Below are positions 50,804 to 61,615 of a DNA stretch of 64,000 bases, in pieces. Source of the DNA: Candidatus Entotheonellaceae bacterium (GTDB lineage: Bacteria; Tectomicrobia; Entotheonellia; Entotheonellales; Entotheonellaceae); assembly GCA_965238075.1 (NCBI GenBank), contig OZ250173.1, positions 1,504,001 through 1,568,000 of the forward strand, read 5' to 3'. A program made the position numbers and the translations under genes. How positions within the stretch are numbered: position 1 is the stretch's first letter; each line of letters begins with the position of its first letter. The notes beneath the pieces are model-generated. The model did not search any database, was not told the origin of the DNA, and worked only from the letters and a program-made list of their open reading frames with translations.

Positions 50804-51709
50804 TCAGCGAACGTGCCATGCTTCGGTCAACGGCTTGGCGCCGACTAACTCGCCGTAACCGATGCCAGTGGTGCCAGTCGGCGACGGGCCGAAGTAGCGT
50901 TCGTCCACAGCGTCGGCGAGGCGCTGGTAACGCACGTCGACGGACAACCGCACGCGGTTCTGTTCGGAGACGTTCTGCAGCGAGCCGTGCAGCGTGAACA
51001 TTGGAAAGATCACCACGTCGCCGGCGGCGAAGTCGCGGCTCAGCAGCCGGGTGCCGCGTTCCTCGACGAACTGCAGCGGCGTGGCGTTGAAAGCGGCGGT
51101 GCGGTGGGTGTCGCGGGCGACGTCGAAGCCCTTTTGCGAAGCGACGATGTCGTCGAAACGGTGCGAGCCCTCGACCACGAACAACGGGCCCTCGTTGACC
51201 GGCACGTCGCCGAGCGCGATCCAGGCGGTCAGAACCGATTCGGTGGTGCGAGTGAAGAAGCCGTAATCGCAGTGTAGGTTGGTGAATTTGCCGCGATTGG
51301 CCGGACGCAGGAACAGGTAGTCCTGTGCCCGCACCGGCTCACCGAACACCGCGCTCATGAGGCCGTAGAGCCTCGGGCCGTGGGTGATGCGGCGCAGCGA
51401 CCAGGTTTCGCAGACGGATTTCCAGAAGGCGCCCAGGTCGGCCACCTGCTCCTTGCGGCGGCTGGCGCCGGAGTAGATGCCGTCGACGACGGGCGGCAGA
51501 ATCTCGCCCACCTCGGCGAGGCGGCCAAATATGTCGGCGCGCGCCGCCAGGACGTCGTCACGCGGCAAGAATTCGCGCATGTACAGGTAGCCGCCGTCGG
51601 CAAGCTGCGCTTGCAGGGCGGCGGCATCACCCCGCAGCGCCGAGTGGTCCTCGAACGACCCAAGGCGCTCGGCCGGGATCGTTTCGCCCTGTGCGACAAT
51701 GGTTTGCAT
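50804..51709 (-). CDS. Phytanoyl-CoA dioxygenase (PhyH) family Fe/2OG enzyme
   Basis: HCD, WIALGD, GSH, LHGS, RLSVDVRY. Confidence 0.85.
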   Translation of the reverse strand: MQTIVAQGETIPAERLGSFEDHSALRGDAAALQAQLADGGYLYMREFLPRDDVLAARADIFGRLAEVGEILPPVVDGIYSGASRRKEQVADLGAFWKSVCETWSLRRITHGPRLYGLMSAVFGEPVRAQDYLFLRPANRGKFTNLHCDYGFFTRTTESVLTAWIALGDVPVNEGPLFVVEGSHRFDDIVASQKGFDVARDTHRTAAFNATPLQFVEERGTRLLSRDFAAGDVVIFPMFTLHGSLQNVSEQNRVRLSVDVRYQRLADAVDERYFGPSPTGTTGIGYGELVGAKPLTEAWHVR

Positions 51710-51756
51710 GGTGCGTCTCCGGATTCGGTAGGTGTGATGACTTGATAGCCCCGGCG

Positions 51757-52587
51757 TCAGAGCGGCCAGTCAAGCCACTCGCAAATGGCGCGGCCCATCA
51801 CCCATTCCAGATCCTCGCCCTGCAGCCACGGCAGGTGCTCGGTGAACAGGGTGATGCATTCGTAGTAGGTGCAGGGCATGCGGGTCAGGTCGGTGCCCCA
51901 GAAGGTGCGCTGCGGGCCGAAGGCGTCGATGAGCGTGCGGATGTGCGGGTGCAGGTCGCGGAACGGGTACGGCTCGGCGGACAGCGACGGCATGCCGGAC
52001 GCCTTGACCGCGACGTTGGCGTGCCGGGCGAGCTTGCAGACCTCGGGGAGGTTGTCGAACACCTGCGGGCCGTTGCCGGTCTTCAGCCCGACGTGGTCGA
52101 TCACCAGCTTCAGCCCCGGATGGGCGGCGGCGACGCGGTCGAGCTGGTCGAGGGCGTCCGGCATGATAACCATGATTGGGATGCCGGCCTTCTCCAACGC
52201 CGGCCACAGCCAATCGGTCGAGCCGTCGGTGAGCAGGTGGCGGTAGTGCTCGTTGTGAAACGTGAAGCGCATGCCGAGCATGCCCGGCTGCTGTTTCCAC
52301 GCGGCGACCTTTCCGGGGCTGGCCGGGTCCTTCAGGTCCAGACGGCCCATAACGGCAAAGCGGTCGGGATAGCTCTGCGCCGCCTCCGACGCCACGTCGT
52401 TGCGGTCCCCTTCCCACGACGGCGGCACGATCACCGCCCGCCGCACGCCGGCCAGATCCATCTGGAACAGCATCGTTTCCTTGCTGATCGGGTACGGCTT
52501 CTGCGCATCCTGCGCGCGGCCTGCCGGCCATGGCCGGTCAGCCGACTCGGCCTGCCACATATGCACCTGCGAATCGACGATGTTCAT
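51757..52587 (-). CDS. Amidohydrolase family 2 protein
   Basis: DSQVH, IDHVG, VKASG, FWGTD. Confidence 0.85.
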   Translation of the reverse strand: MNIVDSQVHMWQAESADRPWPAGRAQDAQKPYPISKETMLFQMDLAGVRRAVIVPPSWEGDRNDVASEAAQSYPDRFAVMGRLDLKDPASPGKVAAWKQQPGMLGMRFTFHNEHYRHLLTDGSTDWLWPALEKAGIPIMVIMPDALDQLDRVAAAHPGLKLVIDHVGLKTGNGPQVFDNLPEVCKLARHANVAVKASGMPSLSAEPYPFRDLHPHIRTLIDAFGPQRTFWGTDLTRMPCTYYECITLFTEHLPWLQGEDLEWVMGRAICEWLDWPL

Positions 52588-52620
52588 GAATGCGGTTCCT
52601 CCGAAGCGGCTGCCCGCCGG

Positions 52621-53121
52621 TCACACGGCCTGGAACTTCAGGCGCTTCACCGTGTCGATGTTGACGCCCTCGAGGCGGATCAGGCGGGTCGGCCCGTCGC
52701 GGCGCGGGGAGTGCAAGTCGCCCTCGTTGTACACGAAGGCCATGCCAGGCGTCAGGGTGTATGTCCTGGTCTTGCAGACCTTGCCGGGTTCGGCCTCGCT
52801 TGCCGCCTCCAGCAGTTCCCAGTCCGTCATCTCGGTCTCGCCCGCGGCTTGCCCATAAATCGCCCACGTCGGGCCGTGGTCGTGCGGCGGACTTTCTTTG
52901 GCGTCGTGATGCACGTGCGCCAGGATGCAAAAGCCGAGCTCGGCGTCTTCGTAGAGAATTTTTCGTTCCGGTACGTCGTCTCCCAAATGCGCCGCCACGA
53001 ACGAGCCGTCCTGCAGCACCTCCCGCAGCAGCGCGCAAACCCGCTCCCGGCCCGCCGTGCCGGAGTCGGCCTTCAGAGTATCATGACACGAAGCCGCAAA
53101 GGCTTCCAGCGTATGCCCCAT
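52621..53121 (-). CDS. Cysteine dioxygenase-like cupin
   Basis: SPPHDHGPTWAIYG and LHSP. Confidence 0.72.
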   Translation of the reverse strand: MGHTLEAFAASCHDTLKADSGTAGRERVCALLREVLQDGSFVAAHLGDDVPERKILYEDAELGFCILAHVHHDAKESPPHDHGPTWAIYGQAAGETEMTDWELLEAASEAEPGKVCKTRTYTLTPGMAFVYNEGDLHSPRRDGPTRLIRLEGVNIDTVKRLKFQAV

Positions 53122-53339
53122 GATGTTGTCTCCTGCCGTCTAAACGGCTCGTTCCTTTCGTCCCTCACATCTCCACCGCGTACATAGCCAAGCCGAAGGC
53201 GCAGCGCCGGGCTTGACCCGGCGGCCCGGCATTCTACCGCGCCCGTCGCCCCACTTCAACGCGCCGGGTCACCATCAACCCCAACCCGTATTGCCGCACA
53301 GCCGTGTGTTGCAATGCTATCAGGTTACGAGGCGGCCGA

Positions 53340-53536
53340 TCAGCGTATGCAACGGATGTCGATTCCCTGGAGGTCGAGTTGTGCCCAAGCCCGGTCGGCG
53401 GTCAAAGCCGCGCCGGCTTGCAGATACGCCGTGGCAAGGCAGGCATGGTCCCCGAGACTCAGGCCCAAGAATTGAGTCACTGGTCGGTAGCGGCCGCTTA
53501 AAATTGCCGCATCGAGATCAAACGGCATCGCTTCAT
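53340..53536 (-). pseudogene. VapC/PIN toxin remnant with internal deletion
   Basis: ATG (MKRC) overlaps antitoxin stop; C-terminal LSLGDHACLA...LTADRAW follows in another frame; most of PIN domain missing. Confidence 0.7.
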
Positions 53537-53838
53537 TCCTTCGCCGCTTCGGCTCGACGTTCGGCGATGAAGTCGTCAACAACACTCTCGCTTGACTTAC
53601 CCCTGCTTCGGGCAATTGCCCATATGCGTTCAAGTCCGGCTTCAACTGTCTGCAGCCTGATAAAACCCTCAACGAGTGGTATGTGGAGCATTTGTCCTTG
53701 CGTGATTCCGAGAGCTCTACGAATTGGCGCCGGCACGACCACGCGGCCAGGCTGGTCGATACGCACGCCTTGGCTGAAAGTGTGCTTGGCATGGAATGGA
53801 CCTTGCATCTTCTCCCTTGGTTTCTCCAACTGTGTCAT
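53533..53838 (-). CDS. AbrB/MazE/SpoVT-family antitoxin
   Basis: IDQPGRVVVPAPIRRALGI...VDDFIAERRAEA. Confidence 0.8.
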   Translation of the reverse strand: MTQLEKPREKMQGPFHAKHTFSQGVRIDQPGRVVVPAPIRRALGITQGQMLHIPLVEGFIRLQTVEAGLERIWAIARSRGKSSESVVDDFIAERRAEAAKE

Positions 53839-54056
53839 GTGCAATCCTGTCCGGGTAATTTGGATTATCAGGAAACTATTCAAGATCTACCATAAATGAA
53901 TTTTTACCTATTTTCTTAAAAAGGATGAGAATTAGAAATCGAAACATGGAATCGCGACAGTAAACCTATGCAGAAGAGGGTTGTGATAGGATACGTGCTC
54001 GTTTTTGGGAATCGGTCTCGACGCGGACACAACACGGTTTGGAGGAGCGCTGGGCA

Positions 54057-54824
54057 ATGGCGGGACGAGTGGAAGGCAAGGTGGCATTGGTGACAGGCGG
54101 CAGTTCGGGGATTGGCCGAGCGACGGCGCTGGTGTTTGCCCGCGAGGGAGCGCAGCTGGTGGTCGCGGACATGGACGAGGACGGCGGCCAGCAAACGGTG
54201 CACAGCATCACGGAGCAGGGCGGTGAGGCGGTGTTCGTGCGCGCCGACGTGACGGCCGACACGGAGGTGGAGGCGCTGATCAGCCAGGCCGTGGCGGCCT
54301 ACGGGCGGCTGGATTGCGCCTACAACAACGCCGGCGTGACGCAGCGCGCCTATCCGCCGACGGACGAATACCCGCTGGACGACTGGCACCGGGTGCTGGC
54401 GGTCAATCTGACGGGCGTCTGGCTGTGCCTGAAGTACGAGTTGGCGCAAATGCGAAAGCAGGGCAGCGGTGCCATTGTCAACACGGCGTCAATTGCCGGG
54501 TTGGTTGGGATCGCCGGGCGCTCGGCTTACGTGGCCAGCAAGCACGGCGTGGTCGGAATTACCAAGTCGGCGGCTCTGGAATACGGCAGCCAGGGGATTC
54601 GCGTCAACGCGGTGTGTCCGGGGTACGTGCGCACGCCGATGGTGGATTACGTGCTGCGGCACGAGGGGCCGGAGCTGGAAGCGCAGATGCTGGCACGCGA
54701 GCCGATCGGGCGCCTGGGGCGGCCCGAGGAGATCGCCGAAACGGTGGTGTGGTTGTGTTCGGACGCGGCGTCGTTCATCACGGGACACGCGATGGCGGCA
54801 GATGGCGGATTTATGGCGCAGTAG
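54057..54824 (+). CDS. Classical SDR oxidoreductase
   Basis: TGGSSGIG, NNAG, YVASK. Confidence 0.92.
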   Translation: MAGRVEGKVALVTGGSSGIGRATALVFAREGAQLVVADMDEDGGQQTVHSITEQGGEAVFVRADVTADTEVEALISQAVAAYGRLDCAYNNAGVTQRAYPPTDEYPLDDWHRVLAVNLTGVWLCLKYELAQMRKQGSGAIVNTASIAGLVGIAGRSAYVASKHGVVGITKSAALEYGSQGIRVNAVCPGYVRTPMVDYVLRHEGPELEAQMLAREPIGRLGRPEEIAETVVWLCSDAASFITGHAMAADGGFMAQ

Positions 54825-54833
54825 GGCGAGGCG

Positions 54834-56186
54834 ATGGCGATGCAAGGTTGGTTTGGTGTTCGGCGTGGGTTGTTGTTGCTGGCGTTCGGTGTCGTGGTCG
54901 TAGCCGCGGCGCTGAGGGGCTTTGCGTTATATGAGGGCGGTGACCCGCCAAGGGGACCGGATTTCGCCATTGTTCACACGCCTCGGGGTTTGTTGTACAA
55001 GGCGATCACGGCTCGCTTTGAGGCGGAATTGCAACAGGCCGAAGCGGTGAGCCGCGCAACCGCGGCGGAGGCGTTCGCTTCGGCGAAGGAGCAGGCCAGA
55101 GCGTACCGGTACAGAGCTGCGGCGAAAGAGCTGCGGCGGTCGTTGGAGGTGTACGAAACGCTCTCCGCCCACCTCAATGCCGGCTTGGTGTCGCTCAACC
55201 TGGGCGAGCTTGCGGCGGCCGAGGCGCATTTCCGCACCGGGCTGGAACGGATCGAGGAGCGCGGCGGCCGCGACTTCGTGACGGCCTTTCAACTGGGCCT
55301 GGGCGTTGTGTATCGGCAGCAGGGCCGCGTCGCTGAGGCGCTGGCCGCACACCGCGCAGCCCTGGATGTTGCCAAGCAAGAGCGGGATCTTCTGGCCGAG
55401 GCCGCCGCCCTCGGGCACATCGGCAATCTGCAGGCGGTGCAGGGCAGGATGGACGAGGCCCTTGCCGCGCACGAGCGGGCGCTGGAAATTTGCAAGCAAC
55501 TGGATCACCCGGTAGGACAGACGGTCGCCTTGGGGAATCTGGGTCACGTGCATGCCGAGCAAGGGCTCCCCGAGGCGGCGCTGGATTGGCACCGGCAGGC
55601 ATATCAGCTTGCGGAACAGCGGCTCGGGAGCATCGGGCAGGCGTTCGCCTTGACGGACATCGGCAACGTGTACCGGATGCGGGGGCAGATTGGCGACGCG
55701 CTGGTATCGCTGGGGAGAGCGCTGCGGTTTCATACCGAGCTCGGCAACACCGGCGATCGGGCCGCGGTCATGGACGACATCGGCAACGTGTATTTCAGGC
55801 AGGGGCAGTTGGACAAGGCGCTGGCGGCGTACGAGGGATCGTTCAAACTGTACACACGGATCAAACACGCCGTCGGGCAGGCCGCGGCGCTCAGCCACGT
55901 CGGCAACGTGTACGAGCGGCAGCGACAGTTGGACAAGGCGCTGGCGGCGCACGAGCGCGCCCTTGAGTTGGATACGGCCAGCGGTCACGCCGCCGGGCGG
56001 GCGCGAGACCTCGGCAACATCGGCAACGTCTACGGACGGCGAGGACGGATGGCGGAGGCGCTGGAGCGGTTGCGGACGGCAGAGGCGATCTACCGGCGGG
56101 TAAGGCCGCAGGGCCGAGGCGCGCAGGACGTGGCGCGGGTGATCAAGCGGCTGGTGTCGCCGTTGGATTTGTCGCAGATTGAGTGA
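54834..56186 (+). CDS. Membrane-anchored tetratricopeptide repeat protein
   Basis: N-terminal TM; ~40-aa repeats (IGNVY...G..D.AL..HERAL). Confidence 0.82.
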   Translation: MAMQGWFGVRRGLLLLAFGVVVVAAALRGFALYEGGDPPRGPDFAIVHTPRGLLYKAITARFEAELQQAEAVSRATAAEAFASAKEQARAYRYRAAAKELRRSLEVYETLSAHLNAGLVSLNLGELAAAEAHFRTGLERIEERGGRDFVTAFQLGLGVVYRQQGRVAEALAAHRAALDVAKQERDLLAEAAALGHIGNLQAVQGRMDEALAAHERALEICKQLDHPVGQTVALGNLGHVHAEQGLPEAALDWHRQAYQLAEQRLGSIGQAFALTDIGNVYRMRGQIGDALVSLGRALRFHTELGNTGDRAAVMDDIGNVYFRQGQLDKALAAYEGSFKLYTRIKHAVGQAAALSHVGNVYERQRQLDKALAAHERALELDTASGHAAGRARDLGNIGNVYGRRGRMAEALERLRTAEAIYRRVRPQGRGAQDVARVIKRLVSPLDLSQIE

Positions 56187-56376
56187 AGACGATCTTGCCG
56201 CTTGAGTCTACCAATGCGCCCATGGCCGTGAGGCACAGGAATTTCTATGGCGAGCTTTTCGATCGCCTGCTTTCAACTTCCGATGCCGGACTCTATATGT
56301 CAACTTTGGGCGCCCCCGCAAAGACACGGAAATCTGTGTGGTTACTTGCCCTGCGAGCCGTTTTGTAGCAGGTCAA

Positions 56377-57126
56377 CTACTTACCGGGTGTTAACTGGCG
56401 GTCGTAGAGGGCCAGGAGGCGTTCCCAGTGGCGTTCGGCGGCGGGTTTGTCGTAGCACCAGCGCTGAGGGAAGGCAAAGCCGTGATGCACCTCGGGGTAC
56501 AGTTCCAGCTCGCCGGCGACGCCCGACGCAGCGAACAAGCCGCGTAATTCCTCGACCATCTCGGGCGGCGCCAAGTCATCGTGCTCGGCGCAGCCGATGT
56601 ACAATTCCCCGCCCACGCGGCGCAGCGACAAATGCGGGCTCTCCTCGGCGTCGCTCACCAGCCAGGTGCCGTAAAACGACGCGGCCGCGGCCACCCGCTC
56701 GGGATAGCGCGCCGCGGCCGCCAGGGCGTACGGTCCGCTCATGCAGTAGCCGTGGCAGCCGACCGGGCCTTCGGCAACGGAATCCAGCCCGTCCACGTAA
56801 TCCAGCATCGCCGCGACGTCCTGCATGACGGGCGGGATGGTCATGCGCGTGCGGATGGCGCGCATGCGGGTGTGCTCGGCGCTTCCCTTCTCCAGCACGT
56901 CGGGACCGAAGACGCTATCGCGTCCGGCGCGGTAGTACAGGTTGGGCAGCAGCACCACGTAGTCGACCGTTGCCAGCCGCCGCGCCATGTCGCGCAACTC
57001 CTCGCGGATGCCGGGTGCGTCCATCAGGAAGAACACTGCCGGGTGCGGGCCGCCGCGCTCCGGGCGGCAGATGAACGTTTCCATAGCGCCGTCGGCGGTC
57101 GTCACGTCCAGGGTTGTTTCGATCAT
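56377..57126 (-). CDS. Dienelactone hydrolase family protein
   Basis: MDAPGIR, GYCMSG, HHGF. Confidence 0.88.
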   Translation of the reverse strand: MIETTLDVTTADGAMETFICRPERGGPHPAVFFLMDAPGIREELRDMARRLATVDYVVLLPNLYYRAGRDSVFGPDVLEKGSAEHTRMRAIRTRMTIPPVMQDVAAMLDYVDGLDSVAEGPVGCHGYCMSGPYALAAAARYPERVAAAASFYGTWLVSDAEESPHLSLRRVGGELYIGCAEHDDLAPPEMVEELRGLFAASGVAGELELYPEVHHGFAFPQRWCYDKPAAERHWERLLALYDRQLTPGK

Positions 57127-58454
57127 CGCACAGCCTCCTTCATCGTATAGCGGTTAGCGGGAATCGGCAGGCCCAGGTTGCCGTGCAGCGTGTCGGCCTC
57201 GTACTCGGTGCGGAACAGTCCCCGAGCCTGCAAAATGGGCAGAACGTGCTCGATAAAGTCGAGCAGGCCATCCGGCAGCACCGCGCCGGTGAGCATGAAG
57301 CCGTCCGCCGCCCCCGCCTCGAACCATGCCTGCATGGTGTCGGCCACGTACTCCGGCGTGCCGATGAAGGCGTGCTTGCTGGTCGTGGACCGCAGCGCCA
57401 TCTGCCGCAGCGTCAGGTTCTCGGTACGCGCCAATTCTTTAATCCGGTCCGTCGTGCTTTCCCAGCCGTTGCGGCCAAAATCGCCGAGGTCGGGAAACGG
57501 CGCGTCTAAATCGTATTGCGTGAAGTCGATGTCATTGAAATAGCGCCCCAGGTAGTTCAGAGCGTCCTCGATGCTCACCAGATTGGCGATCTCTTCATAT
57601 TTAGCCTCCGCTTCCGCCGTGGTGCTGCCGACGATCGGCCCGCAACCGGGCATGATCAAAATCTCCTCCGGCGCCCTGCCGAAGCGCGCCGCCCGCTGCC
57701 TCACGTCCTGGCAGAAGCGCACACCGTCCTCCAACGATGCTTGGCCGGTGAACACGGCGTCCGCCTGCCGCGCCGCGAAGTCCTTGCCCGCCTCCGACGA
57801 TCCCGCCTGGATCAGCACCGGGCGCCCTTGCGGGCAGCGCGAAATGTTCAGCGGCCCCTGCACCGAATAGAACTCGCCGCGGTGGTTCAACCGGTGCATC
57901 TTGCTGGCGTCGATGAACCGCCCGCTCGCCTTGTCGCGCACGAAGGCGTCGTCCTCCCACGAGTCCCACAGGCCCTTGGCGACCTCCAGATACTCGTCCG
58001 CCATGCGGTAGCGCAGGTCGTGTTCCGGGTGCTCCGGACGGCTGTAGTTCAACGCCGAGCCCTCCAGCGGTGAGGTCACAATGTTCCAGCCCGCCCGCCC
58101 CCTGCTGAGGTGATCAATGGAGGCGAACTGCCGCGCCACCGTGTACGGGTCGCTGTAGGTCGTCGACAGCGTGGCGGCCAGGCCGATATGCGTCGTTTCC
58201 ATGGCCAGCGCCGCCAGCAGCGTCAGGGGCTCGAAGCGGTTGAGGAAATTGGGGTGCGACTTCTCGCTGATGTACAGCCCGTCGCCGAAAAACGCGAAGT
58301 CCAGTTTGGCCGCCTCGGCCCGTTTGGTGAGCCAGCGGTAGTAATCCAGATTGATGGCGGCGTCGGCGTCGGCGTTGGGGTGTCTCCACGACGCCATGTT
58401 GCCGCCCGTGCCGGCAAGAAAGGCGCCAAAGCGCAGCATGCGGTGCGTCGTCAT
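57123..58454 (-). CDS. NtaA/DmoA-family FMN monooxygenase, CmoJ (YtnJ)-like
   Basis: [35 protein letters not shown]. Confidence 0.85.
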   Translation of the reverse strand: MTTHRMLRFGAFLAGTGGNMASWRHPNADADAAINLDYYRWLTKRAEAAKLDFAFFGDGLYISEKSHPNFLNRFEPLTLLAALAMETTHIGLAATLSTTYSDPYTVARQFASIDHLSRGRAGWNIVTSPLEGSALNYSRPEHPEHDLRYRMADEYLEVAKGLWDSWEDDAFVRDKASGRFIDASKMHRLNHRGEFYSVQGPLNISRCPQGRPVLIQAGSSEAGKDFAARQADAVFTGQASLEDGVRFCQDVRQRAARFGRAPEEILIMPGCGPIVGSTTAEAEAKYEEIANLVSIEDALNYLGRYFNDIDFTQYDLDAPFPDLGDFGRNGWESTTDRIKELARTENLTLRQMALRSTTSKHAFIGTPEYVADTMQAWFEAGAADGFMLTGAVLPDGLLDFIEHVLPILQARGLFRTEYEADTLHGNLGLPIPANRYTMKEAVR

Positions 58455-58602
58455 CGGCAAGTCTCCCGTTTGGCTTAGGGGATCAAAACAGCCTGCGCAA
58501 TGCCCCCGAACCGCGTCCTTCCAGGCTCGACCCGGAATCCAGGGGGCCGTTGTGCTGAAAAAATCGTTGCAATCCGGCCTCCGTCAGGGTGACGGCCGGC
58601 AT

Positions 58603-59631
58603 TTACAGCGCCGCCTCACACGGCGCGGCGCAGGTAAACAGGTCACTGAGCAGGGCGTAGGAATGCAGCCGTTTGCGAAAGTCCTTGATGGCCGTAATGA
58701 CCATGATCTCGTCGGCCTGATAATCCCGCTGCAAGTCGGCAAGCCGCTGGCGCACGGTGTCCGGCGAGCCGTGGATGACCCGCGCCTGCTGCACGTCGAG
58801 CGTGTAAGCCTCGCCCGCCTGGCGGCCGAACTCTTCGGCGCCCTCCAGGTTGCCGACGGTCAACGTGCGCCCGCTCTGCAGGCGGATTCGCACCACGCGG
58901 ACCTCGGCGGCATGGGCGCGCGCTTCGTCGTCGGTATCGGCGACGATCACCGGTAGCGCCAGCAGCACCTGCGGGCGGGCGGCGTTGGCGGCGGCGAAGC
59001 GTTCCCGATACGTCGCCACCGAGTCGCGCATCATGGCGTCGTCACTGTTCAGGAAATAGGCAAAGACGTACGGGATGGCCATGTCGGCGGCCAGTTCGGC
59101 GCTGGCCGGGCTGGTGCCGAGCAGAAACAATTCGGCGGGCTGCGGCGGCAACGGCGAGGCGCGCAGGCCGTGCAGCGGATGATCCTCTGTCACCCGGTCG
59201 TGCAGCAGTTGCTCCAACTCGATCAGCTTTTCCGTCAGCGGTCGGCTTGCCTGGCCGTCCCCCTGTTGCAGGGCGCGCGTGGATTGCGGCATGCCCCCCG
59301 GTCCGCGCCCGATGCCCAGGTCCACCCGGCCCGGCGCCAGCGACGCCAGCACGTTGAAATTCTCGACCACCTTGTAGGGGCTGTAGTGCTGCAGCATGAC
59401 GCCGCCCGACCCCACCCGGATGCGCTCGGTCTTGGCCAGCAGGTGCGAAATCAGAACCTCGGGGGACGACCCGACCACGCGGTCGGAGCCGTGGTGCTCG
59501 GAGACCCAGAAGCGGTGATAACCCCATTCCTCCGCCTTCTGGGCGAGTTCGATGGTGCGCTGGAAGGCTTGCGCCGCGGTTTCCGAATCGTACAACGGGC
59601 TGAGGTCGAGAATGCTCAACTTCAGGGTCAC
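58603..59631 (-). CDS. LLM monooxygenase, CmoO (YtmO)-like
   Basis: LSILD, FWVSEHH, GSGGVMLQHYSPYKV, FAYFLN. Confidence 0.85.
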   Translation of the reverse strand: MTLKLSILDLSPLYDSETAAQAFQRTIELAQKAEEWGYHRFWVSEHHGSDRVVGSSPEVLISHLLAKTERIRVGSGGVMLQHYSPYKVVENFNVLASLAPGRVDLGIGRGPGGMPQSTRALQQGDGQASRPLTEKLIELEQLLHDRVTEDHPLHGLRASPLPPQPAELFLLGTSPASAELAADMAIPYVFAYFLNSDDAMMRDSVATYRERFAAANAARPQVLLALPVIVADTDDEARAHAAEVRVVRIRLQSGRTLTVGNLEGAEEFGRQAGEAYTLDVQQARVIHGSPDTVRQRLADLQRDYQADEIMVITAIKDFRKRLHSYALLSDLFTCAAPCEAAL

Positions 59632-59655
59632 GGGATTTCCTTCGGCGACGGGCGG

Positions 59656-60543
59656 TCAGATGGCGGGCGGCGGCACGACCACCCGCTCGTACGGGTGCCG
59701 GGGGCCGCTGCGGCCGCCGTGCGCAAAGGCGTCGAGGGCCGCTTCGTACAGGGCCGGCTCGATGGGGATGTCGCCCGACCAGGCATCAAGCTGTTGGTAT
59801 CTGCGGATGGCCTCGGTGACGGCCTCAACCGCCATGTCCGGGAAGAAATCGGCCTCGGCCCGCGCCACCTCCGCCGGATCTGCGGTGTGCACCCATCGAC
59901 GGGCCGCCGTGTAAGCCGCGGTGAAGCGTCGGGCATCGTCCGTGGCCAGCCAGTCGGGCCGCGTCACCAGGCTGCTGAAGGCGACGGGGCCGACCGCCTC
60001 GCCGACCGACGCCACCACGTGGGCGACGCCCTCGTGGGCGAGTTGCTGCGGGTAGGCGCCCTGCTCGTGGAAATAATCCCCCTCGCCGCTGCGGAAAGCG
60101 TCCATCATCTCCGGCGTCGTCGGCTTGCTGATGTCCGGTACGTCGCTCAGGTCGACACCCATTTTGTGAAGGCCGTAGCGCAGCATGATTTCGGGCTGTC
60201 CGCCGTGTACGTACATGAAGCGACCGTTGCGCAGCTTGTCCCAGGTGAATGACGGGTCCGGCCGGCGCGCCGCGACGAAAAAGCCGTCGCAGCGGTTGAT
60301 CTGCGCGAAGTGTACCACCGGCGGCTCCTCGCCGCGGTCCAGCGGTGCCCACGACGACGCCACCGCCGCCTGTCCCACGTCCACCCGACCGGCACCCACC
60401 TCGGCGGGCGTGCCGGAGCCTTTGGGCACCACGGCGTACGTGCCGGTCAGCCCCTCTTTTTCCAGAAATCCCCCGGCGATGGTGGCAATCAGCGGGCTGT
60501 AAAAGGCGGAGTGACGGGACACCATAAGGCGGATTTCAGACAT
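59656..60543 (-). CDS. NMT1/SsuA-type substrate-binding-fold protein
   Basis: SAFYSPL..IAGGFLEKEGL; DGFFVAAR. Confidence 0.75.
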   Translation of the reverse strand: MSEIRLMVSRHSAFYSPLIATIAGGFLEKEGLTGTYAVVPKGSGTPAEVGAGRVDVGQAAVASSWAPLDRGEEPPVVHFAQINRCDGFFVAARRPDPSFTWDKLRNGRFMYVHGGQPEIMLRYGLHKMGVDLSDVPDISKPTTPEMMDAFRSGEGDYFHEQGAYPQQLAHEGVAHVVASVGEAVGPVAFSSLVTRPDWLATDDARRFTAAYTAARRWVHTADPAEVARAEADFFPDMAVEAVTEAIRRYQQLDAWSGDIPIEPALYEAALDAFAHGGRSGPRHPYERVVVPPPAI

Positions 60544-60821
60544 GCGGCAAAGTCCTTTTGCGGAGATTTTGTGCGGGATGTGAAGGACGGAATAGTAGCA
60601 TGAAACCTGGGGTTGGGTCCACGCAGCATACGCGGGAATCGTGCCTCAGCTTGACACGACCGAACTCATACGCCCCCTCGCCCCAGCCCTCCTCTGGCGG
60701 GAGGGCTGGGGCGAGGGGGGCTGAAGGGAAATTTCCCGATCAAGGGGTACGACGCGCGATGCATCAAGGCGCTGCGTGTACAATGGGGCAGACATCGACA
60801 GGTAATTGGAAGTCGGACACG

Positions 60822-61601
60822 ATGAGGGGGAAAAGCGTGCTTGAAACGGAACTGCGAGCGTTCGTGGAGAAGCTGGCCGCAGCGAGTGGCGAGGTGATCC
60901 GGCCGTATTTTGCCAGCCCGGATCTGGACGTGGAGCTCAAGGGCGACCGCAGCCCGGTGACGCGAGCCGACCGCGAGGCGGAGGCGGTGATGCGGGAGTT
61001 GATCGGCAGGCATTACCCGCATCACGGCATCGTTGGGGAGGAATTCGGGACGGAGAACGACGGGGCGGAATTCGTGTGGGTGCTCGACCCGATCGACGGC
61101 ACCATCTCGTTTGCCAGCGGCTGCCCGTTGTTCGGCACGCTGATCGGCCTGCTGCACGAGGGCGAGCCGATGCTGGGGGCCATCCACCAGCCGATCCTGA
61201 AGCAATTGTGTGTCGGGGATAACGCGAGCGCCACGCTGAACGGACGAACCGTGCGGCTGCGGGAATGCCAGCGGCTGGACGAGGCCACCTTGCTGGCGAC
61301 CGATTTAGGCAACATCGCGCGGCATCAGAACTTCGAGCGCTTCGAGACGCTGCGGGGACGCACGCGGCTATTTCGCACCTGGGGGGACTGCTTCGGGTAT
61401 CTGCTGCTGGCCAGCGGCGGCGGCGACATCATGCTCGACCCCATCATGAACCCGTGGGACCTGCTGCCGTTGATCCCGGTCATCCGCGGCGCCGGCGGGG
61501 TCATCACCACGTGGACGGGAGGGGATGCCGCCAGCGGCGCGTCGTGCGTGGCGGCCAATGAGACCTTGCACCCGCAGGTCATCGAACTGCTGAACCGTTA
61601 A
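60822..61601 (+). CDS. hisN: Histidinol-phosphatase (inositol monophosphatase family)
   Basis: SPVTRAD, GEEFG, WVLDPIDGT, WGDCFGY, PWD. Confidence 0.82.
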   Translation: MRGKSVLETELRAFVEKLAAASGEVIRPYFASPDLDVELKGDRSPVTRADREAEAVMRELIGRHYPHHGIVGEEFGTENDGAEFVWVLDPIDGTISFASGCPLFGTLIGLLHEGEPMLGAIHQPILKQLCVGDNASATLNGRTVRLRECQRLDEATLLATDLGNIARHQNFERFETLRGRTRLFRTWGDCFGYLLLASGGGDIMLDPIMNPWDLLPLIPVIRGAGGVITTWTGGDAASGASCVAANETLHPQVIELLNR

Positions 61602-61615
61602 GGGAGAGGATTATC

